From positions 1 through 57,764 of the forward strand of contig DAIENX010000004.1 of the NCBI GenBank assembly GCA_027340875.1: 57,764 bases of DNA, in the 5' to 3' direction. A program made the position numbers and the translations under genes. Position 1 is the first letter of the stretch; the number at the start of each line of letters is the position of its first letter. The notes under the pieces were generated by a model. That model ran no database searches. It was given only the letters and a program-made list of their open reading frames with translations, and had not been told where the DNA came from. The stretch is from Elusimicrobiota bacterium (GTDB lineage: Bacteria; Elusimicrobiota; Elusimicrobia; Elusimicrobiales; UBA9959). Of the stretch, positions 28,443-41,688 are shown piece after piece.

Positions 28443-29468
28443 ATGGCGAACAAAGAGGACATACTTTCCCCCCGCCCGGCTCCCGAGGATTCCTCGAGGC
28501 TGGAGGCGGCGCTGCGCCCCAACACCCTCGACGAGTTCGTCGGACAGCAGAAGCTCAAGGAGAACCTCAAGGTCTTCATCCAGGCGGCCAGGGGCCGGCG
28601 TGAGCCGCTCGACCACTGCCTCTTCTATTCCCCGCCGGGACTCGGCAAGACCACGCTTTCCCATATCCTGGCCCGCGAGATGGGCGTCAACATCAAGGTG
28701 ACCTCCGGCCCGGTCCTTTCCAAGCCCGGAGACCTGGCGGCCATGCTCACCACCGAACTCTCCGAGGGCGACATCCTGTTCATCGACGAGATACACCGTC
28801 TGAACGCCGCTGTAGAGGAAGCCCTGTACCCGGTTATGGAGGATTTCCTGTTCTTCATCAACACCGGCCAGGGACCGGGCGCGACCACGCTGAAGCTGGC
28901 CGTGCCCCGCTTCACGCTGGTGGGAGCCACCACGCGCAGCGGCCTGCTGACCGGTCCGCTGCGCGACCGCTTCGGCATAGTCTTCAATCTCGGATTCTAC
29001 GGCGAGGAGGAAATAGCCCGCATCCTGGCCCGGTCGGCCGGGATCCTCGGCAGCAGGACCGAGAAGGACGCCCTCGCGCTGATCGCCCGCCGTTCCCGCG
29101 GCACTCCGCGCATAGCCAACCGCCTGTTGCGCCGCGTCAGGGACTTCGCCGACGTCAAGGCCGACGGCGTCATAACGAAGAGCGTCACCGAGGCGGCGAT
29201 GACGTCGCTCGAGATAGACCCGGAAGGCCTGGACAGCCTGGACCGCCGGATACTTACGACCATCGCCGAGAAGTTCGGCGGAGGCCCGGTGGGGATAGAG
29301 ACGCTGGCCGTGGCCGTCTCCGAGGAGCCCGACACGCTCACCGACGTTATAGAGCCATTCCTGATGCAGGCCGGCTTCCTGAAGCGCACCACGCGCGGAC
29401 GCGTGCTTACCGCTAAAGCCGCCGCGCACATGGGCTTCAAACTTCCCGGACAGCCCGAACTGATCTAA
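28443..29468 (+). CDS. ruvB: Holliday junction helicase
   Basis: LRP...[44 protein letters not shown]. Confidence 0.98.
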   Translation: MANKEDILSPRPAPEDSSRLEAALRPNTLDEFVGQQKLKENLKVFIQAARGRREPLDHCLFYSPPGLGKTTLSHILAREMGVNIKVTSGPVLSKPGDLAAMLTTELSEGDILFIDEIHRLNAAVEEALYPVMEDFLFFINTGQGPGATTLKLAVPRFTLVGATTRSGLLTGPLRDRFGIVFNLGFYGEEEIARILARSAGILGSRTEKDALALIARRSRGTPRIANRLLRRVRDFADVKADGVITKSVTEAAMTSLEIDPEGLDSLDRRILTTIAEKFGGGPVGIETLAVAVSEEPDTLTDVIEPFLMQAGFLKRTTRGRVLTAKAAAHMGFKLPGQPELI

Positions 29469-29474
29469 GCCGTA

Positions 29475-30593
29475 ATGACACGCCTGCTGCCGCTACTCGC
29501 CTTGTTCTGCACCGTTCCCGCTGCCCGCGCAGCCGCCGGAGAACCGGTAATACGCGTGGCCATCTCCCGCGGCGCGTCCTCGCTGAACCTGAAGACCTCC
29601 ACCCGCCTGTACGTACAGGATGACGGCGGCCAGAAGTACATGCTGCTGGAGAACTCCTCCTACGAGGTGCGTCCGCAGGGCTCCGGCATCGCGATAGCAG
29701 GCCAGCGCCTTTCCTCCCCGGTGCGCCTGCTGCCCGGGGAAGGGCAGGAGAAAGTGCGTCTCGGCAAGCATCTTTATCAGGGAGACATCTATATCAATCT
29801 CACCGAGGACAGGAAGCTGGATATCGTAGAGCACCTGGGTCTCGAGGAGTATCTCTACGGCGTACTCCCGGTAGAGATGAGCCCAGACTGGCCGATGGAG
29901 GCGCTTAAGGCGCAGGCGGTGGCCTCGCGCACCTACGCCTTGAAGCATATCAGCCAGACCCGGGACTACGACGTCAGCAACGGCACCGAGAAGCAGGCGT
30001 ACAACGGCACGCACAACATCAGCCCGCGCATCAAGGAGGCCGTAGACTCCACCAAGGGACTGGTGCTCAAATACAAGGGCAAGCTGATAACCGCCTTCTT
30101 CCACGCCTGCTGCGGCGGTCACACCGCCAGCGCCAAGGCCGCCTGGGGCGAGGACGTGCTCAAGCCGCTATACGGCGTATCCGATCCGTTCTGCAAACCT
30201 TCCACCCATTACAGGTGGAGGCTCTACGTCCCCGCCCAGGACCTCCTGAAGGCTGTGCAGTCGCTCGGCTCCACGGCCCTCCGGATAAAGAGCGTCAAAG
30301 TGGGCAGCACCGACCGTTCCGGACGGGCGCTGACCATACGCGTCAGATCGGACAGCGGCTCCGGTTCCGTCTCGGCCTCCGACCTGCGCAACGTGCTCGG
30401 CACCTACGAGTTCAGGAGCACCTATATAACTTCCATCACCGCCGAGAAAGGCGGCTACGAGTTCTCAGGCCGCGGCTGGGGCCACGGCGTGGGCATGTGC
30501 CAGGACGGAGCGAAGTACATGGCACTGAAGGGCCGCCCGTTCAAGAGGATACTGCGCCAATACTACCCGGGGGCGGCCATCACCGATATATGA
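29475..30593 (+). CDS. SpoIID/LytB domain lytic transglycosylase
   Basis: LEEYLYGVLPVEM, EALKAQAVASRTYA, GRGWGHGVGMCQDGA, ILRQYYPG. Confidence 0.93.
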   Translation: MTRLLPLLALFCTVPAARAAAGEPVIRVAISRGASSLNLKTSTRLYVQDDGGQKYMLLENSSYEVRPQGSGIAIAGQRLSSPVRLLPGEGQEKVRLGKHLYQGDIYINLTEDRKLDIVEHLGLEEYLYGVLPVEMSPDWPMEALKAQAVASRTYALKHISQTRDYDVSNGTEKQAYNGTHNISPRIKEAVDSTKGLVLKYKGKLITAFFHACCGGHTASAKAAWGEDVLKPLYGVSDPFCKPSTHYRWRLYVPAQDLLKAVQSLGSTALRIKSVKVGSTDRSGRALTIRVRSDSGSGSVSASDLRNVLGTYEFRSTYITSITAEKGGYEFSGRGWGHGVGMCQDGAKYMALKGRPFKRILRQYYPGAAITDI

Positions 30594-31636
30594 GTTCGGG
30601 ATCCCTGACAGAGTTCGCTTCCCTTCCGATAGAACCGCTCATCGCCGACCGGCCGGCCGAGCCGCGCGACTCGTCCCGCCTGATGCTGTTGGACAGGACG
30701 GAGGGGACCACGGCCAACCGTTACTTCAGGGACCTGGCCGCCATCCTGAAGCCCTCGGACCTTCTGGTGCTTAACCGGAGCAAGGTCTGGAAGGCCCGGC
30801 TGGCAGCCGCAAAGCCCACCGGCGGGAAGTCGGAGCTGCTGCTGATGGCTCCTTCCGGCCCCGGCGGACTGGTCTGGACCGCTCTCTGCAGGAAGATACA
30901 GCCGGGCCAGCGGCTGGACTGCGCCGGGGGCGCTTCGGCCGAGTGTCTGGCGCGCAACGCCGACGGCAGCTACACTTTCCGCTTCTCGGTACCCGTAGAC
31001 GAAACCTACCTGGCCGTCAACGGCGCGGTCCCTCTGCCGCAGTACATACTGAACGCCAGGAAGCGCCGCGGCGCCGCGGCGCCACGAGACGAGGAGAAGT
31101 ACCAGACCGTCTACGCCGAGCAGGCCGGCTCTATAGCCGCCCATACCGCCGGCTTCCATTTCACTCCCGAGCTTTTCGCCAGGCTGGACGCGGCCGGCGT
31201 CAGGAGGGCCTTCGTGACGCTGCACATAGGCTGGGGCACCTTCAAGCCGGTCCGCTCGGAGGACCCGGCGTCCCATGTGATGATGGAGGAGTCCTGCGAA
31301 GTGCCATCCGAGACCGCGGAGGCCATCAACGCCCACAGGGCGGCAGGCGGGCGCGTCATAGCGGTGGGGACCTCCTCGATGCGAACCCTGGAGACCTTCT
31401 CCGACGAGAACGGAAAAGTCGGGGCCGGAAGCGGGAAGGCAGGCATCTTCATAATGCCCGGATACAAGTTCAAGGTGGCCGCGGGCTTCATCACGAACCT
31501 GCACGTGCCGGATTCCGCCCCCCTTTACATGACGGCGGCCTTCGCGGGCCGCGAGCTGCTTTTCAAGGCGTACACCGAGGCCGTTAAGGAGAAGTACCGT
31601 TTCTACTCCTACGGCGACTCGATGCTGATCTTTTAG
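30590..31636 (+). CDS. queA: S-adenosylmethionine:tRNA ribosyltransferase-isomerase
   Basis: PRDSSRLM, VPLPQYI, YQTVYA, AAHTAGFHF, TLHIGWGTFKPV, YRFYSYGDSML. Start ATG 30590 overlaps the spoIID stop. Confidence 0.95.
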   Translation: MSSGSLTEFASLPIEPLIADRPAEPRDSSRLMLLDRTEGTTANRYFRDLAAILKPSDLLVLNRSKVWKARLAAAKPTGGKSELLLMAPSGPGGLVWTALCRKIQPGQRLDCAGGASAECLARNADGSYTFRFSVPVDETYLAVNGAVPLPQYILNARKRRGAAAPRDEEKYQTVYAEQAGSIAAHTAGFHFTPELFARLDAAGVRRAFVTLHIGWGTFKPVRSEDPASHVMMEESCEVPSETAEAINAHRAAGGRVIAVGTSSMRTLETFSDENGKVGAGSGKAGIFIMPGYKFKVAAGFITNLHVPDSAPLYMTAAFAGRELLFKAYTEAVKEKYRFYSYGDSMLIF

Positions 31637-33172
<1,536 letters not shown>

Positions 33173-33250
33173 GCGCGGCCGGGCCGGCTTATAAATATAA
33201 TTGAAATTTGTTAGAATATTCACCGGCCCGAGCAGGCCGACGGAGGATAG

Positions 33251-33526
33251 ATGAACCAGAACGCAGCGATCATGCAATTCGTCCCTTTCATAGCGGTAGC
33301 CGTTATCTTCTATTTCCTGCTTATCCGCCCCCAGCAGAAGCAGATAAAAGACACGAAATCGATGCTGGACGCCCTCAAGACCGGCGACAAGGTGCTCACC
33401 CGCGGCGGGCTGATAGGCGTGATAACCGCGGTAAAGGAAGAGGAGCTGGAGATAGAGATAGCCAAGGGCGTAAAGGCGCTGTTCGCCCGCAATGCCGTCG
33501 GCGCGGTCCTGAACCAGACGAAGTAA
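33251..33526 (+). CDS. yajC: Preprotein translocase subunit YajC
   Basis: FYFLLIRPQQK, LKTGDKVLTRGGLIG. Confidence 0.95.
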   Translation: MNQNAAIMQFVPFIAVAVIFYFLLIRPQQKQIKDTKSMLDALKTGDKVLTRGGLIGVITAVKEEELEIEIAKGVKALFARNAVGAVLNQTK

Positions 33527-33548
33527 ACTCCAAGGAGCTATATAGGAA

Positions 33549-34978
<1,430 letters not shown>

Positions 34979-34982
<4 letters not shown>

Positions 34983-35869
34983 TAAGGCTGCTTCACAAGA
35001 CCAACATCGACTTCATAAAGCTTCGCGACAACTTCTTCGCCCTTTCCGGGATCGTGGTCCTCGCCGGGATCGTCTCCCTCTCGGTAAAGGGCCTGAACCT
35101 CGGCCTGGACTTCACCGGGGGCACGCTGGTGCAGGTCAAGTTCGACAAGTCGGTGCCGATAGCCGACGTGAGAGCCGCCCTGAACAAGGCCGGCGTAGAG
35201 GCCGGCCTCCAGAGCTTCCCCGGCGACAGTTCCTACGCCGTAAAGGTGAAGGGCTCCCAGGACAACGTGAACGCCACGGCCGAAAGCATCCTGGGCGCGA
35301 TGAAGACCATCGATGGCGCCTCTTTCAGCGAGGAAAAGCGCGACTATGTGGGCCCTGTCGTAGGACGCGACCTGGCCAAGAAGGCCCTCTTCGCGATAGT
35401 GCTGTCCATGTTCGGAATCATCGTCTACGTGGCCTTCCGGTTCTCCAACCCCGTCTGGGGCACCGCCGGCGTGGTCGGCCTGCTGCACGACATCTTCGTG
35501 GCCATCACCGCGATGTCGCTCACCAACCGCGAGGTGGACCTGGTCATAGTGGCCGCGTTCCTCACGATCGCCGGCTACTCGATCAACGATACCATCGTCA
35601 TCTTCGACCGCATGCGCGAGAACATGAGGATGTTCCCCAAAATGGCGCTGGCCCAGCTGATCAACGCCAGCATAAACGAGACCATCTCCCGCACCGTGAT
35701 AACCACGATGACGGTTTTCCTGGCGGTGCTGATGCTGTTCCTGTTCGGCGGCAGCGCGATCAACAACTTCGCGTTCTGCATGCTGGTCGGCACGCTGACC
35801 GGCGTCTACTCCACCGTGGCCCTCTGCACCCCGATGGTGTACCAGTGGGAGCGCAAGGGGCATAAGTAA
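34979..35869 (+). CDS. secF: Protein translocase subunit SecF
   Basis: LGLDFTGG, GYSINDTIVIFDRMREN, ETISRT. Confidence 0.97.
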
Positions 35870-35896
35870 CACGACGCAAGCGCGGAGAAGCGGCAA

Positions 35897-36529
35897 GTGA
35901 GAAAGATCAAGAAGTTCAGGATCCCGGTCTACTCGTACGAGGTGCTGCGCAAGGCGCGCAAGCACAAGCTCGACCTCGTCTCCGCCGGGCTCGGGGACGA
36001 GGCGGCCGTGCGCGAGCACGCCGCCTTGCTGGCCGCCTCGCTGGAGCCGGCCGTGGTCTTCGAGTACCTCCCGGCCGAGGACGAGACCGCCGCGCGCATC
36101 AACGGCGACGCGGGCCGCGCTCTTACCGCCGGCATCCTCACTCTCGGCGGCGCCTTCGAGGAGAAGCTCTCCGCCCCGGCCGACGACATCCATAAGAGGC
36201 TGGGCCGGATAGCCGCCCAGGTCTTCCTGCAGACAGCGATCAGCGTCACGGCCGAGCTCGCCGCCCGCGAGGCGGAGCCGGAGGGTTTCGAACTGGGGCC
36301 CGCCATTTATATAGCTTCCTGCCCGGAGCCGGACCCCCCCCCGCAGGAGGCCACGGCCGTCCCGCTGTTCGAGAACGAGTTGATAAAGGCACTCTGCGAG
36401 CGCCTGGAGGCCTCCAAGATAGGAGTCTCTTTCGATACCGGGGCCTTCTCCCCGAAATACTCCGCCGTCTTCGCCCTTCCCTGGGTATCCAAGAAGAAAA
36501 AGAAGGCCGCGGCCTCCTCCAAGAAGTAA
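35897..36529 (+). CDS. Hypothetical protein, weakly like a stand-alone methionine synthase activation domain
   Basis: ILTLG...EEKL, helical middle, IGVSFDTGAFSPKYSAV resembling IGV.L......P.KS. Lys-rich tail. Confidence 0.5.
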   Translation: MRKIKKFRIPVYSYEVLRKARKHKLDLVSAGLGDEAAVREHAALLAASLEPAVVFEYLPAEDETAARINGDAGRALTAGILTLGGAFEEKLSAPADDIHKRLGRIAAQVFLQTAISVTAELAAREAEPEGFELGPAIYIASCPEPDPPPQEATAVPLFENELIKALCERLEASKIGVSFDTGAFSPKYSAVFALPWVSKKKKKAAASSKK

Positions 36530-36537
36530 GCTCCCTG

Positions 36538-37827
36538 ATGGGACACCTGCTACTGCTACTCTACAGCCTGCTGGCGCCGGCGATAGCCGCGCTTTATGCC
36601 GTCTTCTTCCTATTTTCTCCGCGCAGGACCCTGATGAAAGCCCTCAGCGGCGAACTGGACGAGCGGCTGGCTCTCACCCTCCCCGCCTTCGATACGCCCC
36701 CGGTCTGGCTGCACGCCGCGTCCATGGGCGAGGTGAAGGCCCTTTCGCAGCTCGCTCCCACGCTGGCGGGAGAATTCAAAGCTCCTCTGCTGGTCACCTC
36801 CTCCACCGCGGCGGGCCGGGCGGAGGCCGCCCGGTTGATCGGGTTCAAAGCCAGGACGGCGACCGCCCTTCTGGCGCCGCTGGACTTCTACCCGCTGGCC
36901 GCCCGCCTCATAGCCGCCGCCCGTCCCCGTCTGCTCGTGGTCGTAGAGACCGAGATCTGGCCGGCAACGCTGTACGCGGCGGCTAATGCAGGGGTGCCGG
37001 TGTACATGGTCAACGCCCGCCTCTCGCCGTCCACCGCGGCCCTCTACCGGGCGCTGGGGCCGTTCACCAGGCTTGCCTTCACCGGGGTAAGGAAAGTCCT
37101 CGCCCAGAGCGAAGAGGACGCGGCCCGGTTCGAGACGCTGCCGGGGCTCGCCGGGAAGGTCTCCGTCACCGGCAACCTCAAGCATGACCTGCTCCCAGCC
37201 GGCAGCACTGTATCCGAAGAGGAAATAAGGAAGCGGTTCCTGCCCGCCGCCTGGGGCGCGGACCCGGTCTTCACCGCCGGCAGCACCCATCCGCCAGAGG
37301 AACCGGCGATAATCGACGCCTGGCTTGAGGCCCGCAAAAAGACGCCCGCGCTGAGGCTGGTCCTGGTCCCGCGCCACCCGGAAAGAATAGCGGAGACGGA
37401 AGCGGTCCTTGCTTCGCGCGGGATAACGCACGTCCGCTGGACGCAGGGCGCCGCGGACAGCTCCGAGCCCTGCCTGCTGGTGGACAAGATGGGCATCCTC
37501 TCCTTTTTCTACGCCGTTTCCGACGTCTGTTTCGTCGGCGGCACGCTGGATGACACCGGCGGACACAATCTGCTGGAGCCGGCAATTTTCGGTAAGCCGG
37601 TCCTCTTCGGCCCTAACTACCGCAACGCCCGCGCGGCAGGCCTGGCCCTTATAAAGGAAAAGGGCGGCTTCCTTACGGGAACCGCCCCTGAAATGGCCGA
37701 AATACTTTCCGCTCTCCTCTCCGACCCGGCGGCCATGAAGACCGCCGCGGACAACGCCGCCAGGACCCTGACTTCGCTGAAAGGCGCCACGTCAAAGACG
37801 GTAGGCGCCATAACCGGCCCGCGCTAA
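36538..37827 (+). CDS. waaA: Kdo transferase
   Basis: WLHAASMGE, ETEIWP, NARLS, GNLKHD, AGSTH, VPRHPER, GGHNLLEPA. Confidence 0.95.
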   Translation: MGHLLLLLYSLLAPAIAALYAVFFLFSPRRTLMKALSGELDERLALTLPAFDTPPVWLHAASMGEVKALSQLAPTLAGEFKAPLLVTSSTAAGRAEAARLIGFKARTATALLAPLDFYPLAARLIAAARPRLLVVVETEIWPATLYAAANAGVPVYMVNARLSPSTAALYRALGPFTRLAFTGVRKVLAQSEEDAARFETLPGLAGKVSVTGNLKHDLLPAGSTVSEEEIRKRFLPAAWGADPVFTAGSTHPPEEPAIIDAWLEARKKTPALRLVLVPRHPERIAETEAVLASRGITHVRWTQGAADSSEPCLLVDKMGILSFFYAVSDVCFVGGTLDDTGGHNLLEPAIFGKPVLFGPNYRNARAAGLALIKEKGGFLTGTAPEMAEILSALLSDPAAMKTAADNAARTLTSLKGATSKTVGAITGPR

Positions 37828-40800
37828 TTGCACGGCACGGTGGTCTTCGCCGTCAGCACTCCGTTGGAGAAGGTAAGGTTATAGCATGTCGACGTGACGG
37901 TGGACCCTACCACCTGGAAGGGACCCGCCGAAATGCCCGCCACGGTGGAGACCGCGGCGGCGCCGTTGCCCAGAAGTATGCCCGTCAGCGTCGTCGCTCC
38001 CGTACCGCCGTTGCCGACGGCCACGGTGCCGGTCACGTTCGCCGCCGTGCCGCCGGCGTTCCCGGTGACATTGCCGGTGACGTTGCCGGTCAGGGGTCCG
38101 CTGAATCCCGTGGCGGCCAGCACTCCGGTATTCGGATTGAACGTCAACTTGGTGGAAGAGGTCCTGGCGCTATTGTTGCCGTTGACGCCGGTGGTCCACA
38201 GCGGATACATGGCGGCGTTGGTGGTAGTGTCGTCCGCGGAATTCACCGGCACGTTTATGGCCGCGGCACCGTCGAAATTGACGCCGTTTATCGCGCGGGC
38301 GGTGGCTAACGCGCTGGCTGTGGCCGCGTTGCCGGTGAGAGTGCCGCTCAATCCCGCGCTGAAGGCCTGCGAGGCGGTCCAGGTATTGGCGTTGTTCAGG
38401 TTCAAACCCAGCGTGTAGGGATTGCCCGACGTGCCGATGCCGGAGCGCGTCAGCGTGGCGTCGCTGGCATTGGTGACCTCGTTGCCGACCCAGCCGTCGC
38501 CCAGACCGCCGCCGGCCGGGTTGACCCAACTGGCGTTGCCGCTGGCGTCGGAAGCCAGTACGTAGTTCAGAACGGCGCCGGTGGGCATTCGGAAGGCCGG
38601 GGTCACAATGCGCGTTCCCACGCTAAGGTATTGCGCCACGTTGAGCGTGCCCGCCGCCACATTGATGCCGGAAGAAGTGGCGATGCTGTAGCCGCCTGCG
38701 ACAGCGGTGCGGAAAGTGCCGCTGGACGCGGTCAGCGAGGCCACGGTGGTATTGGCGAAGGTCGGGGCGGCGCCGGTATGGATATCCTGCGGCAGGGACA
38801 GCGTTATGCTGCCCGGCCCGTTGGTAATGACCACTTGGTTGGCCGAGGCCTGGGTCAGAGTGGCCGGCGTCGGCGCCCCTGCACCGTCGCCGATGAGCAG
38901 CTGGCCGTTGGCGAGGACGCCTGTGTCCGCCACCGCTCCGGCGCCGCCGCCATACAGTATGCCGCCGCTGGTAAGCCCTGTCAGTTTCACGGACGTAAAG
39001 GACGGCGTCGCGGAAGCGTGTATATCCTGCGGCAGCGACAGCGTTATGCTGCCGGCGCCATTGGCCACGGCGACCTGGTTCAAGGTCCCGGTCAGCGTGG
39101 CGGCCGCCGGGGCGCCGGCTCCGTCGCCTATCAGCAGCTGGCCGTTGGTGAGCACCGGCATCGCCGATATGGGGCCAGTGCCGCCTCCGTAAAGGATGCC
39201 CCCACTGGTCAGCGAGGTACTGCCGGTCCCGCCATACGGCACGGCGAGCTGCGTGGCCAGCTGAAGGGCCCCGGCGGCGGTGAAAGTGGACTTGCTCACG
39301 CCTGCCCCGAACTGCGCGGAACCGTTCACGTCGAAAGTGGTGTACGGGCTGCGGGTGCCTACGCCGGTCCTGGCCGTGGGGGCAGTTGAAAGATAGACGT
39401 CGTTGGCGACTATAAGGCCCGACAACTGCACCGGAAGCGCGGAGCGCTGCACCAGCTCTCCGTCGAAGGCTATGTTGCCTCCCACCACGAGGTCTTCCAC
39501 GGAATCGGCGGAATAGGGGTTATAGGGCGTGCCCAGCACCAGGTCTCCGCCGCGCAGGTTGAGCCTGGAAACGGGATTCAGCGTTCCTATTCCCACGTTG
39601 CCGCCCGTGTTCAGCAACAGGCCGTCCAGCGAGCCGGCCCGCAGGATCACGTCCCCGCCGCCGCTGAGGTCGGCGTTGGACTGCACTATCGCGTCGCCGT
39701 TGGCCGAGATGCTGTTGGCGGACGCCGCGCTGCTGGTGGTCATGCTGGTGCCGTCCGCGAAGATGATGGCGCTGCCGGAGCCAGAGAGGCGCAGATTGCC
39801 TGCGACGGTGAGTTTCCAGTTGGGGTCCATAACGCTGGTCCCCATGCCGACGTTGCCCATATAGGAGCTCACGTAGATGGAAGGTGTGGTGTTATAGCCC
39901 GTGGAGATCCAGACCACGCTGTTCTGTATGCGGTGATAGGTGGCGTCGGTCAGCGTCTTGGTGCTGCCGCTTATCACCAGGGCCAGGTTGGAGGCTCCCT
40001 GCGTCTGGAACCGCGCCGCTTCGACGGCGCCGCGGTAGAAACCCAGCCCCGAGTCCGCGTTGGCGCCGCCCACCAGGTAGGCTCTCGCGTCCTCGTTGGC
40101 GTACTCCGGCTTGTTGTCCCCCACCTGCAGGTACCTGGCGCCGGAAAAGTCGAAGTCTTTGACACCCGCCCCCAGGCGGCTCGCGGTCAGGATATCGCTG
40201 GAGACCACTACCTGGTTGAGGAAGGTGTTCTGTCCGGTCAGCGTCTGCGTGGAATTGATATAGACCGGGATGCCTGCCTGCGAGCCGATGCCGCCGGTCA
40301 CCTGGAGCGTGCCGTAGATTATCGTGGTCGACAGGTAGACCATGTTCCCCTGGGAGGAGTTGGCGTCCAGGTCGCCGTCCACCTGGACGCCGGAGGAGAA
40401 AGCCGCCGTCGCGGCCATCACGCCGTAGTCGGAACGCACGCTGCCGTGGACGTGCAGCTTCTCCCGGGGCGTGGCTGTGCCTATACCGACGTTGTAGGGG
40501 TTGCTCTGCTGCAGCAGAAGGGCGTAGCCGTCCTGGGCCCTGACCTCGTTGGCCTGACTGGCCCAGCCGGTATAGCCGCCGGCGGAAACGCGGCCGCCGC
40601 GCAGGCCGGAGTCGGCCGCGACGTCGGCGGCGGAATGGATCATAGAGGCCGGAGAGGCGAGACCGACTCCGAGGTAGCCGTTGGAATGGATCCTCATCCG
40701 TTCCGCGCCTCCGGCGATCAGGGAGATGACGTTGTTGGCAACACCGATATTGAGCGCCTCGTCGCTCTTGCCGTAGATGATGCCGCTGTCCACCCCTAGG

Positions 40801-41678
40801 CTCTCCCTGACGTTGACGGTGCTGTCGTCGCGGTCATAGATGCCCTCGTTGCCCACGTACACCGCGCCGTCCACGTCGAGGAGCCCGTTAGGCGGCGCGC
40901 CGCCGGTGTCGGCGGTGAAGGAGGGGCCGATCCCGACCTTCCCGGAATTGGTCACGCGCATGAACTGCAGGGTAGGCTTGCGCAGCACCACGTCGCCGGT
41001 GCCGTCGCTGTTGGAATCCGCCAGAATGTCCCCGTCGGAGACGGAGGAAAGGCCCGAAGCGGAGCCTACGCCGGAAGTGATCATGGATGTGTTGTCGGAG
41101 AACATTATTCCGCCGGCGACGACCTTGAGCCAGCCGTTCACAGTGAGGCGGGCGGCGGCATCCGGCGTATCGGTGCCGACGGACATCAGCGAGCCGGCCG
41201 AAGTGGCCAGCTTGACGGTATAGGCGGCCGTCAGCGTGGAGACACCCACGTCGGCGCCGTCCTCCAGACGCTTGGCGATCAGGGCGTACGCCACGCTGTT
41301 GAGCGGCTCGCGCGGCGTCAGGACGTCGCTTTCCACCTGGACCTCAAGATAGAGCTGCTGGGCGCCGGCAAGGACGCTCAGCGGAGGTGTCAGGTCGGCG
41401 CTGAAGATGCCCTGGGTCGCCTGGGCGGTTATCTCGGGGCTTTGCCACAGGCAGGGCTGCGAGATGCCGCCGCAGGAGCCGCCGCTGGCGTTATTGGCCG
41501 TAGCCGAGTTGTAAACGCGGAAGTAGAGGTGGATAGTGCCGGTTATAGGGGCGTTGTCGCGCTCGAGGCGTCCCTGGTAGGTCAGCGTGCCGGGAACGCT
41601 GCCGGCAGTTATCTCTCCCCCGTTCGAGGGCCAGGGCAGCGCCAGCGCGATGGCGAATGTTAGGATGAATTTTTTCAT
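37824..41678 (-). CDS. Large secreted fibre/adhesin-like protein with phage tail-fibre-like repeats
   Basis: Signal peptide MKKFILTF; N-domain PGTLTYQGRL...LYLEVQV...PREPLNSVAYA; multiple GNVGIGT-type repeats; GNAATASALATARAINGVNFDG; VAVGNGGTG. Confidence 0.8.
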   Translation of the reverse strand: MKKFILTFAIALALPWPSNGGEITAGSVPGTLTYQGRLERDNAPITGTIHLYFRVYNSATANNASGGSCGGISQPCLWQSPEITAQATQGIFSADLTPPLSVLAGAQQLYLEVQVESDVLTPREPLNSVAYALIAKRLEDGADVGVSTLTAAYTVKLATSAGSLMSVGTDTPDAAARLTVNGWLKVVAGGIMFSDNTSMITSGVGSASGLSSVSDGDILADSNSDGTGDVVLRKPTLQFMRVTNSGKVGIGPSFTADTGGAPPNGLLDVDGAVYVGNEGIYDRDDSTVNVRESLGVDSGIIYGKSDEALNIGVANNVISLIAGGAERMRIHSNGYLGVGLASPASMIHSAADVAADSGLRGGRVSAGGYTGWASQANEVRAQDGYALLLQQSNPYNVGIGTATPREKLHVHGSVRSDYGVMAATAAFSSGVQVDGDLDANSSQGNMVYLSTTIIYGTLQVTGGIGSQAGIPVYINSTQTLTGQNTFLNQVVVSSDILTASRLGAGVKDFDFSGARYLQVGDNKPEYANEDARAYLVGGANADSGLGFYRGAVEAARFQTQGASNLALVISGSTKTLTDATYHRIQNSVVWISTGYNTTPSIYVSSYMGNVGMGTSVMDPNWKLTVAGNLRLSGSGSAIIFADGTSMTTSSAASANSISANGDAIVQSNADLSGGGDVILRAGSLDGLLLNTGGNVGIGTLNPVSRLNLRGGDLVLGTPYNPYSADSVEDLVVGGNIAFDGELVQRSALPVQLSGLIVANDVYLSTAPTARTGVGTRSPYTTFDVNGSAQFGAGVSKSTFTAAGALQLATQLAVPYGGTGSTSLTSGGILYGGGTGPISAMPVLTNGQLLIGDGAGAPAAATLTGTLNQVAVANGAGSITLSLPQDIHASATPSFTSVKLTGLTSGGILYGGGAGAVADTGVLANGQLLIGDGAGAPTPATLTQASANQVVITNGPGSITLSLPQDIHTGAAPTFANTTVASLTASSGTFRTAVAGGYSIATSSGINVAAGTLNVAQYLSVGTRIVTPAFRMPTGAVLNYVLASDASGNASWVNPAGGGLGDGWVGNEVTNASDATLTRSGIGTSGNPYTLGLNLNNANTWTASQAFSAGLSGTLTGNAATASALATARAINGVNFDGAAAINVPVNSADDTTTNAAMYPLWTTGVNGNNSARTSSTKLTFNPNTGVLAATGFSGPLTGNVTGNVTGNAGGTAANVTGTVAVGNGGTGATTLTGILLGNGAAAVSTVAGISAGPFQVVGSTVTSTCYNLTFSNGVLTAKTTVPCN
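38757..39212 (-). repeat. Tandem intragenic duplication (~72-73 aa x2)
   Basis: LTSGGILYGGG...NGQLLIGDGAGAP..ATLT...NQV...NG.GSITLSLPQDIH...P.F at 38997-39212 and 38757-38975. Confidence 0.9.
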
Positions 41679-41688
41679 AGTTAGCACC

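Noticed and set aside
37824..41678. Prophage tail gene
   Set aside because: It has a Sec signal peptide and there are no other phage genes nearby.
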